Part shown: positions 30,121-39,800 of the stretch, one piece after another
How positions within the stretch are numbered: position 1 is the first letter of the stretch
How the letters are laid out: each line of letters opens with the position of its first letter
Program-made: the position numbers and the translations under genes
Notes under the pieces: model-generated
Told to the model about the DNA's origin: nothing
What the model saw: the letters and a program-made list of their open reading frames with translations, nothing else
The model's database searches: none
NCBI RefSeq assembly: GCF_000737315.1
Contig: NZ_JMCB01000002.1
Coordinates: forward strand, 670,718-734,717
Source: Hyalangium minutum
Lineage (GTDB): Bacteria; Myxococcota; Myxococcia; Myxococcales; Myxococcaceae
Length of the DNA stretch: 64,000 nucleotides
Direction: 5' to 3'

Positions 30121-33100
30121 ATGAAGCTCAAGAGCCTGGTGTTGCTGTTACTGGGAGTCTGGGCGGTCAGTGCCTGCGGCGAGGAGACTCGCGCGCTCGA
30201 GACAGAGCTGTCGCCCGAGGCCGTGGCCACGACGAGCCAAGCTGCCCGCAGCACGGACAAGGTGCTCATCCTCGCCAGCAGCGTCAATGGGGGCATGGAC
30301 AGCCGCGAGGCGCAGGCGGTGCGCACCTACTCGCCGTCCACGGAGATCCACGTCAAAACCCCGGACGAGTGGCGCGCGATGACGGCCCAGCAGTTCATGG
30401 AGTACCGCGCCCTCATCATCGGCGACGCGGCCTGTCAGAGCGGCACGGCCGCGCTCGATGCCGCGGTGGAGTCCCGCAGCCGGTGGGGTGCCATCGTCGA
30501 CAGCAACGTGGTGATCATCAGCTCGGATCCGTCCAGCAACAACACCGATTTCCTGGTGGATAACGCGATCAACTCGGTGGTGGTCGACTCGATCCAGTAC
30601 CGCACCGGCATGTACATCGCGCTGGGCTGCGCGTACCAGAATGCGCCAGCCAACACGGTGGTGACGCTGCTGGAGCCGTTCGGCACCTTCAAGGTGCAGG
30701 GAGTCCCCGGCTGCGCGCGGTCCGCGCACATGTTCCAGATGTCCCCGGTCACCCTGTCGAACGGCGTCTATGACGACGCGCTGATTGGCTTGGGGGAGTG
30801 CGCGGCGCGCTCGGTGTTCACCCAGTACCCGGACCACACCTTCTCGCACGCGGCCATTGCCACGAGGACCAGTGGCCCGCCGCTTCCCGGCGAGAAGGAG
30901 TATCTCGACTACCAGATCGATTGGGGCACGCCGACAGCCTTCCACGGAGCTCCTTATGTCCTGGTGCGCGGCGCCATGGCGTGGAGCGCTGGTTGCGGCG
31001 ATCAGGACAACACCCCCGACGGCGAGCAGTGCGATGCGGGTGACGGCACCAATGGCCAGCCCGCGGGACCTGGACAGAGCCCGGATACGACTTGCTCGTT
31101 CGCTTGCCGCCTCAACTGGTGTGGTGACGGCGCCGTGGATGTGGCGCAGGGCGAGGAGTGCGACAACGGCACCGCCAACGGCCGCACGGGCGACGTGAGC
31201 GGCGACATTGGCGCGTGCACCTCGTTCTGCAAGCGCCCCAATATCGCCCCGCCCAACCGTCCCCCGGTGGCGCTGTGCCGCAACGTGACGGTGTCCGTCT
31301 CGAACACCTGCGGCGCGCCCGCGAACATCAACAACGGCTCCAGTGATCCGGATGGGGACCCGATCACCTGCACGCAGAATCCCGCGGGCCCGTACCCCGT
31401 GGGCCCCACGACGGTGACCCTGACGTGCTCGGACTCCCGAGGGTTCGGCTCTTGCTCGGGGACGGTGATGGTGGCGGACTCCGGGGCGCCGACGGTGACG
31501 ATCGATGGTCCGGCCAGCGAGGCCTTGGAGTGCACGCGCGGCGCCACGTACGCGGAGCTGGGCGCCACGGCGCGAGACCTGTGCGAGGGCGCGCTGCCCG
31601 TGAGCCTGTCCGGCTCGGTGAACATGGGCTCGCCGGCCACTTACACGCTGACCTATACGGCGCGGGACTCGGTTGGCAATCAGGGGTCGGCCTCGCGCAC
31701 GGTGGTGGTGTCCGACACGCTGCCGCCGTCCCTCTCCCTGGTGGGAGCGCCCACGATGGCGCAGGAGTGCGGCGTCGCGTTCACGGATCCCAGCGCCACC
31801 GCCACCGACCAGTGCGCGGGGACGCTGCCTGTCACCGTCAGCGGCACGGTGAATGATCGCGTGCGTGGCCCCTACACGCTGACGTACAGCGCGAACGATG
31901 GGCACGGGCACACGGTGTCCAAGGACCGCATGGTGAGCGTGCGCGACACGCGGGCGCCCGTCGTGACAATCACGGGCCCGCTGGGCGTCAATGTGGAGTG
32001 CGGCGGCCCGTACACGGAGCTGGGCGCCACGGCGAACGACCTGTGCGCCGGGCCGCTGGCGGCGCTGCCGACCAGCGCTCCGGAGCCGGCCGTGGTGGGC
32101 GCCTACCCCATCATCTACCAGGCGGTGGATCCCGACGGGAACGTGGGCACGTCGGTCGACAGCCGCACGGTGAACGTGCGCGACACGTTGAAGCCGGTGC
32201 TGACGCTGACGGGCGCCAATCCGCAGCCGCTGGAGTGCGGCACGGCGTGGTCGAACCCAGGGGCCACGGCCCAGGACCAGTGCGAGGGCCCGCTGACGAA
32301 CCGGATCACGGTGAGCGGCTCGGTGGATCACCAAGCGCCGCGGCAGTACACGGTGACCTACAGCGTGAGCGACAGGTACGGCAATACGGAGACGAAGGAT
32401 CGCGCGGTGAGCGTGCGCGACACGCTGCCGCCCGCCATCACAGTGGTGGGCCCGCTGCAGGACTCGGCCGAGTGCGGCTCGACGTACGTGGATGGTGTGG
32501 TGCAGGCCGAGGACGTCTGCGCCGGAACGCTGCCGGTGACGCGGACGGTGGCGGGAGACACGCGGCGTCCGGGCACGATGACCATCGAGTACTCGGCCAC
32601 CGACCCGTCCGGCAACCAGGCCGTGTCGGCGGACCGCCGCACGGTGTCGGTGGTGGATACGCAGGCCCCGGTGCTGTCGCTGCGCGGCACGGCGAGGCAG
32701 CGGCTGGAGTGCGGCACGGCTTTCACGGACCCGGGCGCGGTGGCCACGGACGTGTGCTTTGGGGACCTCTCGGGCTCGGTCACGCTCGCGGGCAGCGTGG
32801 AGCATGGAGCGGTCGGTGACTACACGCTGCGCTACGATGTGACGGATGGCGCGGGCAACCGCGCGGCGCCGGCTGTCCGCACGGTGGAGGTGCGTGACAC
32901 GCTGCCGCCGGTGCTGACGGTGCTGCCGCCGTTCAACGCGCGCGTGCAGTGTGATCATCAGCAGTTCCAGGACCCCGGCGCCACGGCGAGCGACGTGTGC
33001 GCGCTGGACCTGACCGGCTCCATCCAGAGGCAGGGCCTGGTGGACACGGGCCTGCCGGGCACCTACTCGCTGAGCTACCGCGTGGTGGACCCGTCCGGCA

Positions 33101-34980
33101 ACGAGGCCACGGCCAACGCGGCGCGCTCGGTGTCGGTGGTGGATGACCTGCCGCCCACCCTTGAGCTGGTGGGTGCGGCCACCGAGAACGTGGAGTGCGG
33201 CGCGGCCTATACCGAGCAGGGCGTCCGGGCCACCGACCTGTGCTTCGGCGACCTGTCCGACCGCATCGTGCGCGTGGGCCAGGTGGACTCCGCCGTGCCG
33301 AGCGACTACTCCATCGTCTACAGCGTGACCGACCCGTCCAACAACACGGCGAGCACGCAGCGCATGGTGAAGGTGCGCGACACGCTGAAGCCGGTGCTGA
33401 CGCTGACGGGCGCCAATCCGCAGCCGCTGGAGTGCGGCACGGCGTGGGTGAGCCCGGGCGCCACGGCCCATGACCAGTGCGCGGGGCCGCTGACGGCTCA
33501 GATCTCCGTCACGGGGACGGTGGATCATCAGGTGCCGGACCAGTACACGGTGACCTACAGCGTGAGCGATGGACGCGGCAACACGGAGATGCAGGAGCGC
33601 GCGGTGAGCGTGCGCGACACGCTGCCGCCCGCCATCACGGTGGTGGGCCCGCTGCAGGACTCGGCCGAGTGCGGCTCGACGTACGTGGACGGTGCGGTGA
33701 GGGCCGAGGACGTCTGCGCCGGGACGCTGCCAGTGACGCGGACGATCAACGGAGACACGCTGCGTCCGGGCACGATGACCATCGCGTACTCGGCGACGGA
33801 TCCCTCGGGCAATCAGGCCGTGGCGGCGGATCGCCGCACGGTGTCGGTGGTGGACACGCAGGCGCCGGTGCTGTCGCTGCGCGGCACGGCGACGCAGCGG
33901 CTGGAGTGTGGCACGGCCTTCACGGAACCGGGCGCGGTGGCCATGGACGTGTGCTTCGGGGACATCTCGAGCTCGATCACGCAGACGGGCAGCGTGGACC
34001 CTGGCGCCGTGGGCGACTACACGGTGCGCTACGAGGTGACGGACGGCGCGGGCAACCGGGCGACGGCCGCGAGCCGCATGGTGCAGGTGCGCGACACGCT
34101 GCCTCCGACGCTGACGGTGCTGCCGCCGTTCAACACGCGCGTGCAGTGTGACCATCAGGCATTCCAAGATCCCGGCGCCACGGCAAGCGACGTGTGCGCG
34201 CTGGACCTGACGGGCTCCATCCAGCGGCAGGGCTTGGTGGACACGGGCCTGCCGGGCACCTACTCGCTGAGCTACCGCGTGGTGGACCCGTCCGGCAACG
34301 AGGCCACGGCCTCCACGGCGCGCTCGGTGTCGGTGGTGGATGACCTGCCGCCCACCCTTGAGCTGGTGGGTGCGGCCACCGAGAACGTGGAGTGCGGCGC
34401 GGCGTACGTCGAGGCGGGCGTGAAGGCCACCGACCTGTGCTTCGGCGACCTGTCTGACCGCGTCACGCGCGTCGGCGAGGTGAACCCCGCCAAGCCGGGC
34501 GACTACCCCATCGTCTACAGCGTGACCGACCCGTCCAACAACACGGCGACCACGCGGCGCGATGTGGCGGTGAAGGACACGACGCCCCCCACCATCGTCT
34601 GCCCCGACCCCATCGTCGTCGAGGTCCAGCCGGGGATGCAGGCGGACCTCACGCCGGCTGCCGCCCGGGCTACGGACGTGTGCTCTCAGGCGCAGGTGAG
34701 CATCCCCGTGCAGAAGCGCTTCCCGGTGGGCGACACGCAGCTCACGTACACGGCGACGGACGAGGCGGGCAACACCGCCAGCTGCACCACGACCGTCACC
34801 GTTCGTGAGCTCAAGGTGCCGGACCCGGTGCCCGAGCCTCCCAAGCCCGGCCCGTTCGACCGCGCCCTGCTGGGTGGCGGAAGCGGTTGCTCCTCGACGT
34901 CCGGTGGGCCATCGTCGCTGGCGATGATGGGACTCGGAGTGCTCGCGGCCCTCCTGGCCCGGAGAGCCCGGAGGCAATGA
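30121..34980 (+). CDS. Large surface protein: lipobox, globular head, Cys-rich myxobacterial repeat, Ig-like domain, 13 DUF5011-like repeats, HYR-like domain, MYXO-CTERM
   Basis: MKLKSLVLLLLGVWAVSAC; WCGDGAVD..GEECDNG; repeats EC..x..DPGATAxDxC...YxxxDxxGN; C-terminal GGGSGCSSTSGG-TM-RRARRQ. Confidence 0.88.
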   Translation: MKLKSLVLLLLGVWAVSACGEETRALETELSPEAVATTSQAARSTDKVLILASSVNGGMDSREAQAVRTYSPSTEIHVKTPDEWRAMTAQQFMEYRALIIGDAACQSGTAALDAAVESRSRWGAIVDSNVVIISSDPSSNNTDFLVDNAINSVVVDSIQYRTGMYIALGCAYQNAPANTVVTLLEPFGTFKVQGVPGCARSAHMFQMSPVTLSNGVYDDALIGLGECAARSVFTQYPDHTFSHAAIATRTSGPPLPGEKEYLDYQIDWGTPTAFHGAPYVLVRGAMAWSAGCGDQDNTPDGEQCDAGDGTNGQPAGPGQSPDTTCSFACRLNWCGDGAVDVAQGEECDNGTANGRTGDVSGDIGACTSFCKRPNIAPPNRPPVALCRNVTVSVSNTCGAPANINNGSSDPDGDPITCTQNPAGPYPVGPTTVTLTCSDSRGFGSCSGTVMVADSGAPTVTIDGPASEALECTRGATYAELGATARDLCEGALPVSLSGSVNMGSPATYTLTYTARDSVGNQGSASRTVVVSDTLPPSLSLVGAPTMAQECGVAFTDPSATATDQCAGTLPVTVSGTVNDRVRGPYTLTYSANDGHGHTVSKDRMVSVRDTRAPVVTITGPLGVNVECGGPYTELGATANDLCAGPLAALPTSAPEPAVVGAYPIIYQAVDPDGNVGTSVDSRTVNVRDTLKPVLTLTGANPQPLECGTAWSNPGATAQDQCEGPLTNRITVSGSVDHQAPRQYTVTYSVSDRYGNTETKDRAVSVRDTLPPAITVVGPLQDSAECGSTYVDGVVQAEDVCAGTLPVTRTVAGDTRRPGTMTIEYSATDPSGNQAVSADRRTVSVVDTQAPVLSLRGTARQRLECGTAFTDPGAVATDVCFGDLSGSVTLAGSVEHGAVGDYTLRYDVTDGAGNRAAPAVRTVEVRDTLPPVLTVLPPFNARVQCDHQQFQDPGATASDVCALDLTGSIQRQGLVDTGLPGTYSLSYRVVDPSGNEATANAARSVSVVDDLPPTLELVGAATENVECGAAYTEQGVRATDLCFGDLSDRIVRVGQVDSAVPSDYSIVYSVTDPSNNTASTQRMVKVRDTLKPVLTLTGANPQPLECGTAWVSPGATAHDQCAGPLTAQISVTGTVDHQVPDQYTVTYSVSDGRGNTEMQERAVSVRDTLPPAITVVGPLQDSAECGSTYVDGAVRAEDVCAGTLPVTRTINGDTLRPGTMTIAYSATDPSGNQAVAADRRTVSVVDTQAPVLSLRGTATQRLECGTAFTEPGAVAMDVCFGDISSSITQTGSVDPGAVGDYTVRYEVTDGAGNRATAASRMVQVRDTLPPTLTVLPPFNTRVQCDHQAFQDPGATASDVCALDLTGSIQRQGLVDTGLPGTYSLSYRVVDPSGNEATASTARSVSVVDDLPPTLELVGAATENVECGAAYVEAGVKATDLCFGDLSDRVTRVGEVNPAKPGDYPIVYSVTDPSNNTATTRRDVAVKDTTPPTIVCPDPIVVEVQPGMQADLTPAAARATDVCSQAQVSIPVQKRFPVGDTQLTYTATDEAGNTASCTTTVTVRELKVPDPVPEPPKPGPFDRALLGGGSGCSSTSGGPSSLAMMGLGVLAALLARRARRQ
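32176..34569 (+). repeat. Tandem duplication of a 1197-bp block (five Ig-like repeats) inside the surface protein
   Basis: GTGCGCGACACG(T/C)TGAAGCCGGTGCTGACGCTGACGGGCGCCAATCCGCAGCCGCTGGAGTGC recurs at 32176 and 33373, with long near-identical stretches. Confidence 0.9.
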
Positions 34981-36698
34981 TGGGGTGGGCAGGGCTCGCA
35001 GCGATGCGAGCGCGGAAGCGTGTGCAACCAGGTTTGCTGGTCGTGGCCCTCGTGTTTCTGAGCGCCACGGCCTTCGCCCAGCCCGAGGGTGTGCCCACCT
35101 TCGAACTGGAGCTCCTCAAGCTCAACCCTGGCGCCGTGGGCTCCCTGTTGGTGGGCACCGGCGAGCCGCTTCCCGACGGCGACTACCGCTTCTCCCTCGC
35201 TGTCCACTACGAGAACGATCCGCTCCTGCTCTTCGAGAACGGCAAGCAGCTCGGCGCGGTGGTGCGGCACCGGGCCACGACGCACCTGACCGCCGCCTAC
35301 GGTCTGTTTGGATGGCTGGAGGTGGGCGCCCAGCTCCCCGTGGTGCTCATCCAGCGCGGCGATGACCTGACGGACCTGGGCGTGAGCGGGCTCTCGGGAG
35401 GTCCGGCGGTCGGCACCCCGCTGCTCACGGTGCAAGGCCAGTTGCTCTCCCAGGCCAAGAAGGATCACCTGGTGGACCTCGCGCTGGGCCTCCACATGGG
35501 GTTGCCCATCGGCAGCTCCGCGGCGCTTTCCCGGGAGCTGCGGGCCATTCCCAGCCTCATGGTGGGCCGCACCGGTGAGTCCCTCCGCGGCGCCCTCGAG
35601 GTCGGCATGCTGCTGCGCCCTCGCACCGTGCTGACCCAGGACGAGAACGTGCAGGATGAGCTCGGGCATGCGATGCGCTTCACCGGAGGGCTGTCCAGCC
35701 TCGGGCCCCGCCTGCGCGGAGAGCTAGCCCTCAGCACCCTGGTCCCCCTCAAGCGTCAGGGACTCTCCATTGAGGTGCTGGGGGGCGCCCGCTGGCCCGT
35801 GAAGGAGGCCTTCGAGGCGTTCGCTCTGGCGGGCCTGGGCTTTGGCAACGCCCCGGGCACCCCGGACTTCCGCATTCTGCTCGGCATGGCGTACGGCCGC
35901 CCGCGTCCCGCTGCGGTCGAAGTGGCTCCTCCCGTGAAGGAGCCGGAGCCCCCGCCTCCGCCAAAGGACACGGATGGCGACGGCGTCGTGGACGGCGAGG
36001 ACGCGTGTCCGGCGGCCACGGGCAAGCTGGGCATGAAGGGCTGCCCAGATGAGGACAATGACGGTATCGAGGATGGCGGAGACATGTGCCCCACCGAGGC
36101 CGGGCCGGCGGAGCGTCAGGGTTGCCCGCCGAAGGACTCGGATGGCGATGGCGCGCTGGACGAGGTGGACAACTGTCCCACCGAGCCCGGGCCGCTCGAC
36201 CACAGTGGCTGCCCGCCCGCGGACCGCGACAACGACACGGTCGAGGACCTGTCCGACAACTGCCCCGACGAGTTCGGCCCGCCGGACAACCAGGGCTGCC
36301 CGCCGGAGGAGAAGCAGCTGGTCGTCATCCAGCGAGACCGCATCAAGATCAACGACACGGTCTACTTCGACTTCGACAAGGCGACGATCCAGCCGCGCTC
36401 GTTCCCGCTGCTGGACCAGGTGGCGAAGGTCATCCTCGAGCACCCAGAGATCGTCTCGGTGAGCGTCGAAGGCCACACGGACGACTCGGGGCCCGCCGAA
36501 TACAACCGGGGCCTGTCGCAGCGGCGCTCGGAGGCGGTGCGTGACTACCTCATCGGCAAGGGCGTGGCGCCTGAGCGTCTGGAGGCCAAGGGCTACGGTG
36601 AGGATCGCCCCATCGCCTCCAACGCCACCACCGCCGGGCGAGCAACCAACCGTCGCGTGGAGTTCATCACTCGATACTCGGCCTCGGGTGGACAGTAG
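34977..36698 (+). CDS. Outer-membrane beta-barrel + four TSP3 repeats + OmpA domain protein (TraB-like architecture)
   Basis: Signal peptide ...SATAFA-Q; DxDxDGxxDxxDxCP x4; FDFDKATI, EGHTD, LSQRRSEAVR and NRRVEF; ATGA overlap with the upstream gene. Confidence 0.9.
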   Translation: MMGWAGLAAMRARKRVQPGLLVVALVFLSATAFAQPEGVPTFELELLKLNPGAVGSLLVGTGEPLPDGDYRFSLAVHYENDPLLLFENGKQLGAVVRHRATTHLTAAYGLFGWLEVGAQLPVVLIQRGDDLTDLGVSGLSGGPAVGTPLLTVQGQLLSQAKKDHLVDLALGLHMGLPIGSSAALSRELRAIPSLMVGRTGESLRGALEVGMLLRPRTVLTQDENVQDELGHAMRFTGGLSSLGPRLRGELALSTLVPLKRQGLSIEVLGGARWPVKEAFEAFALAGLGFGNAPGTPDFRILLGMAYGRPRPAAVEVAPPVKEPEPPPPPKDTDGDGVVDGEDACPAATGKLGMKGCPDEDNDGIEDGGDMCPTEAGPAERQGCPPKDSDGDGALDEVDNCPTEPGPLDHSGCPPADRDNDTVEDLSDNCPDEFGPPDNQGCPPEEKQLVVIQRDRIKINDTVYFDFDKATIQPRSFPLLDQVAKVILEHPEIVSVSVEGHTDDSGPAEYNRGLSQRRSEAVRDYLIGKGVAPERLEAKGYGEDRPIASNATTAGRATNRRVEFITRYSASGGQ

Positions 36699-36706
36699 GC
36701 AGGCGG

Positions 36707-36733
36707 GCAGCCCCTCGGCGGCTGCCCCTCTTG
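36707..36733 (+). terminator. Hairpin after the OmpA gene
   Basis: GGGCAGCC-CCTCGGC-GGCTGCCC-CTCTT. Confidence 0.5.
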
Positions 36734-36802
36734 CGACTGTCAGGCAGCCGCCGTACCGGCTGATGACTTTGGTGACAAGTCTCCTTCGGAGGGGCACCCG
36801 CT

Positions 36803-36818
36803 GGGCCGGCTCCTTGCT
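36803..36818 (+). promoter_or_regulatory. Possible sigma54 promoter for the fused adhesin gene
   Basis: GGGCCGG-CTCC-TTGCT with GG-N10-GC spacing, about 70 nt before GTG 36887; imperfect -24 element. Confidence 0.35.
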
Positions 36819-36886
36819 GGCCTGAATTACGGTGAATAGCTCCTTTCCGGGCCCGATTCCTCGCGGGCCTGGGGGAGTGCTGTCAC

Positions 36887-39800
36887 GTGAAGCTCAAGAG
36901 CCTTGGGGCGTTGTTGGTGTTGGCATGGGTGGCCAGTTCCTGCGGTGAAGAGGTGAAAGAGCCGGGGAGCGACCTCTCGCCGGAGAGGGTGCGTGACACA
37001 CGCCAGGGGGCCCGCAGTACCAATAAGGTTCTGATCCTGGACAGCAGCGTGAGCAGTGGGAACGGGAGCCGCGAGGCCCGCGCCCTCAGGCACCTGGATT
37101 CCAGTGTCCAGATCGATGTGAAGACTCCCGCGGAGTGGCGCGCGATGACGGCCGAGCAGTTCATGGCGTACCGCGCCCTCATCATTGGCGACGGGGCCTG
37201 CCAGAGCGGCACGGCCGCGTTCGACGCCGCGGTGGAGACCCGCGCCAGGTGGGGCGCCATCGTCGACAGCAACGTGGTGCTCATCAGCTCGGACCCATCC
37301 CACAACCGCACCGAGCAGCTCCTGGAGAACGCGCTCAAGTTCGTTCTCGTGGACTCGATCCAGTACCGCACCGGCATGTACATCGCGCTGGGCTGCGCGT
37401 ACCAGAACGCGCCGGCCAACACAGCGGTGGACCTGCTGGAGCCGTTCGGCGCCTTCTCGGTGCAGGGCGTGCCGGGCTGCGCGTCCACGGGTCACATCTT
37501 CCAGATGTCCCCCGTGACGCTGTCCGATGGCCTCACGGATGGCTCGCTGGAGGGTGACGGGTGCGTGGCGCGCTCGGTGTTCACGAGCTATCCGCGCAAC
37601 ACCTTTGCGTTCGCGGCCATCGCGACCGGCACGGAGAGCACGCCGCTCCCCGGCCAGCAGACGCACATCGACTATTGGTACGAGCCGGGCGCGGAGACTC
37701 CCTTTATGGGCACGCCCTTCGTCCTCGTGCGCGGCGCCATGGCGACGAGCGCCGGTTGCGGCGGTGACTCCAACAACGTTCCGTCCGAGGAGCAGTGCGA
37801 CATGGGCGACGTCTACAACGGTCAGCCCAACACCGGTGGCCAGAATCCAAGCGCGACCTGCTCGTTCTCCTGCCGCCTCCACTGGTGCGGTGACGGCGCC
37901 GTGGACGAAGGCGAGGAGTGCGACGCCGGCAGCAACAACGGCCGCTCGGGCGATGCGGACGGCGACATCGGCGCGTGCACCTCGTTCTGCAAGATTCCCA
38001 ACATCCCGCTGCCCAACCGGCCTCCGGTGGCGCGGTGCCGGGACGTGACGGTGGCCGCGACGAACACCTGCGACCGCCCGGCCGACATCAACAACGGCTC
38101 CAGTGACCCGGATGGCGATGACATCGAGTGCACGCAGAACTCAGCCGGCCCGTACACCATCGGCAGCCACACGGTGACCCTGACCTGCACGGACCCGTCG
38201 GGCGACATGGGCATGTGCACGGCCACGGTGACGGTGACGGACTCGGTGGCGCCGGTGGTGACCCTCTTTGGCCCCGCCAGCGAGACGCTGGAGTGCGTGC
38301 GCGGCGTCACGTATGAGGACCCAGGAGCTTCGGCGAGTGATCTGTGCGAGGGCGCGATGCCTGTCACGGTCTCTGGCTCGGTGAACCTGGCGAGCCCCCG
38401 GGGCTACCCGCTGACCTATACGGCCCGGGACGCGTCCGGCAACACGGGCTCGGCCACGCGCACGATCTCCGTCGCGGACACGAAGGCGCCGGTCATCACT
38501 GTGACGGGCTCGGACCGCCTGTCGCACGAGTGCGGCACGCCGTTCATTGACCCGGGTGCCACGGCGAGCGACGTGTGCGCCGGCACGGTGCCCGTCACCG
38601 CGACGCAGTCGGGCAGCTTGAGCCAGCCGGGCACCTTCACCATCTCCTACGCGGCGGTGGATCCGTCGGGCAACCGCACCACCTCGCCCACCGTGCGCAC
38701 GGTGATGGTGACCGATGACACCCCGCCCACGCTGGTGCTGCTGGGCTCGGACAAGCAGTCGTACGAGTGCGGCACGCCCTTCGTCGACCCGGGCGCCAAG
38801 GCCAGCGATCTCTGCGCCGGGGACCTGAGCGGCCAGATTGTCCGCACCGGCTCCGTGGACACCGCCAAGCTGGGCTCCTACACGATCCAGTACTCCGTGA
38901 CGGATCCGTCCCAGCACACGGTGACGGCGAGCCGCCAGGTGTCCGTGAAGGACACGACGCCTCCCAACATCCTGTGCCCCGAGCCCATCGTCGTCGACCT
39001 GAAGGAGGGCGCGCTGGTCAACGTGACGCCGGGGGCGGCGAAGGCCACGGACTCGTGCTCCGAGGCCCGGGTGATCACCCCCACGCAGGCGAGCTTCCCG
39101 CTGGGCACCACGCCCGTGACGTACACGGCGACGGACGAAGCGGGGAACACCGCGAGCTGCACCACGACCATCACCGTGCGCGAGCTCTCGGGGCCGGGCA
39201 CCCCGTCCGAGCCTCCCGGCCGCGGACCCTTCGACCGCGCGCTGATGGGCGGCGGCAACGGGTGCTCCTCCACCAGCAGCGGCCCCTCGTCGCTGGCGGT
39301 GATGGCGCTGGGCCTGTTCGCGGCCCTGGCGTTCCGGAAGCGCACGCAGAAGCGCGGGCTCGCCGTGGCGACGGTGCTCGTGGCGGCCACGGCCACGGCC
39401 CAGGTCGCGGGCGTGCCGACCTTCGATCTGGAGCTGCTCAAGCTGAACCCCAGCGCCAAGGGCTCGCTGCTGCTCGGCACGGGCGAGCTGATGGACCCGG
39501 GTGACTACCGCTTCTCGCTCACCACGCACTACCAGAAGGATCCGCTCGTCCTCTATGAGAACGGCACGGAGATGGGCGTGTTGGTGCGGCATCGCGCCAC
39601 GGCCCACTTGGCCGCCGCGTACGGCGTGAACAAGTGGCTGGAGGTGGGAGCCCAGTTGCCCGTGGTGTTTCTTCAGCGCGGCGATGACCTGACGGGCATG
39701 GGCGTCGGCCAGCCCAAGGGGGGCGTCGCGGCCGGCACGCCGCTGTTCAACGTGCAGTTCAAGCTGCTCTCCCAGCGCGAGGACGACATGGTGGACCTCT

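Noticed and set aside
31490-34600. CRISPR-like or mobile repeats
   Set aside because: The roughly 240-bp repeats are in-frame coding Ig-like domains; no spacer-repeat array or cas genes.
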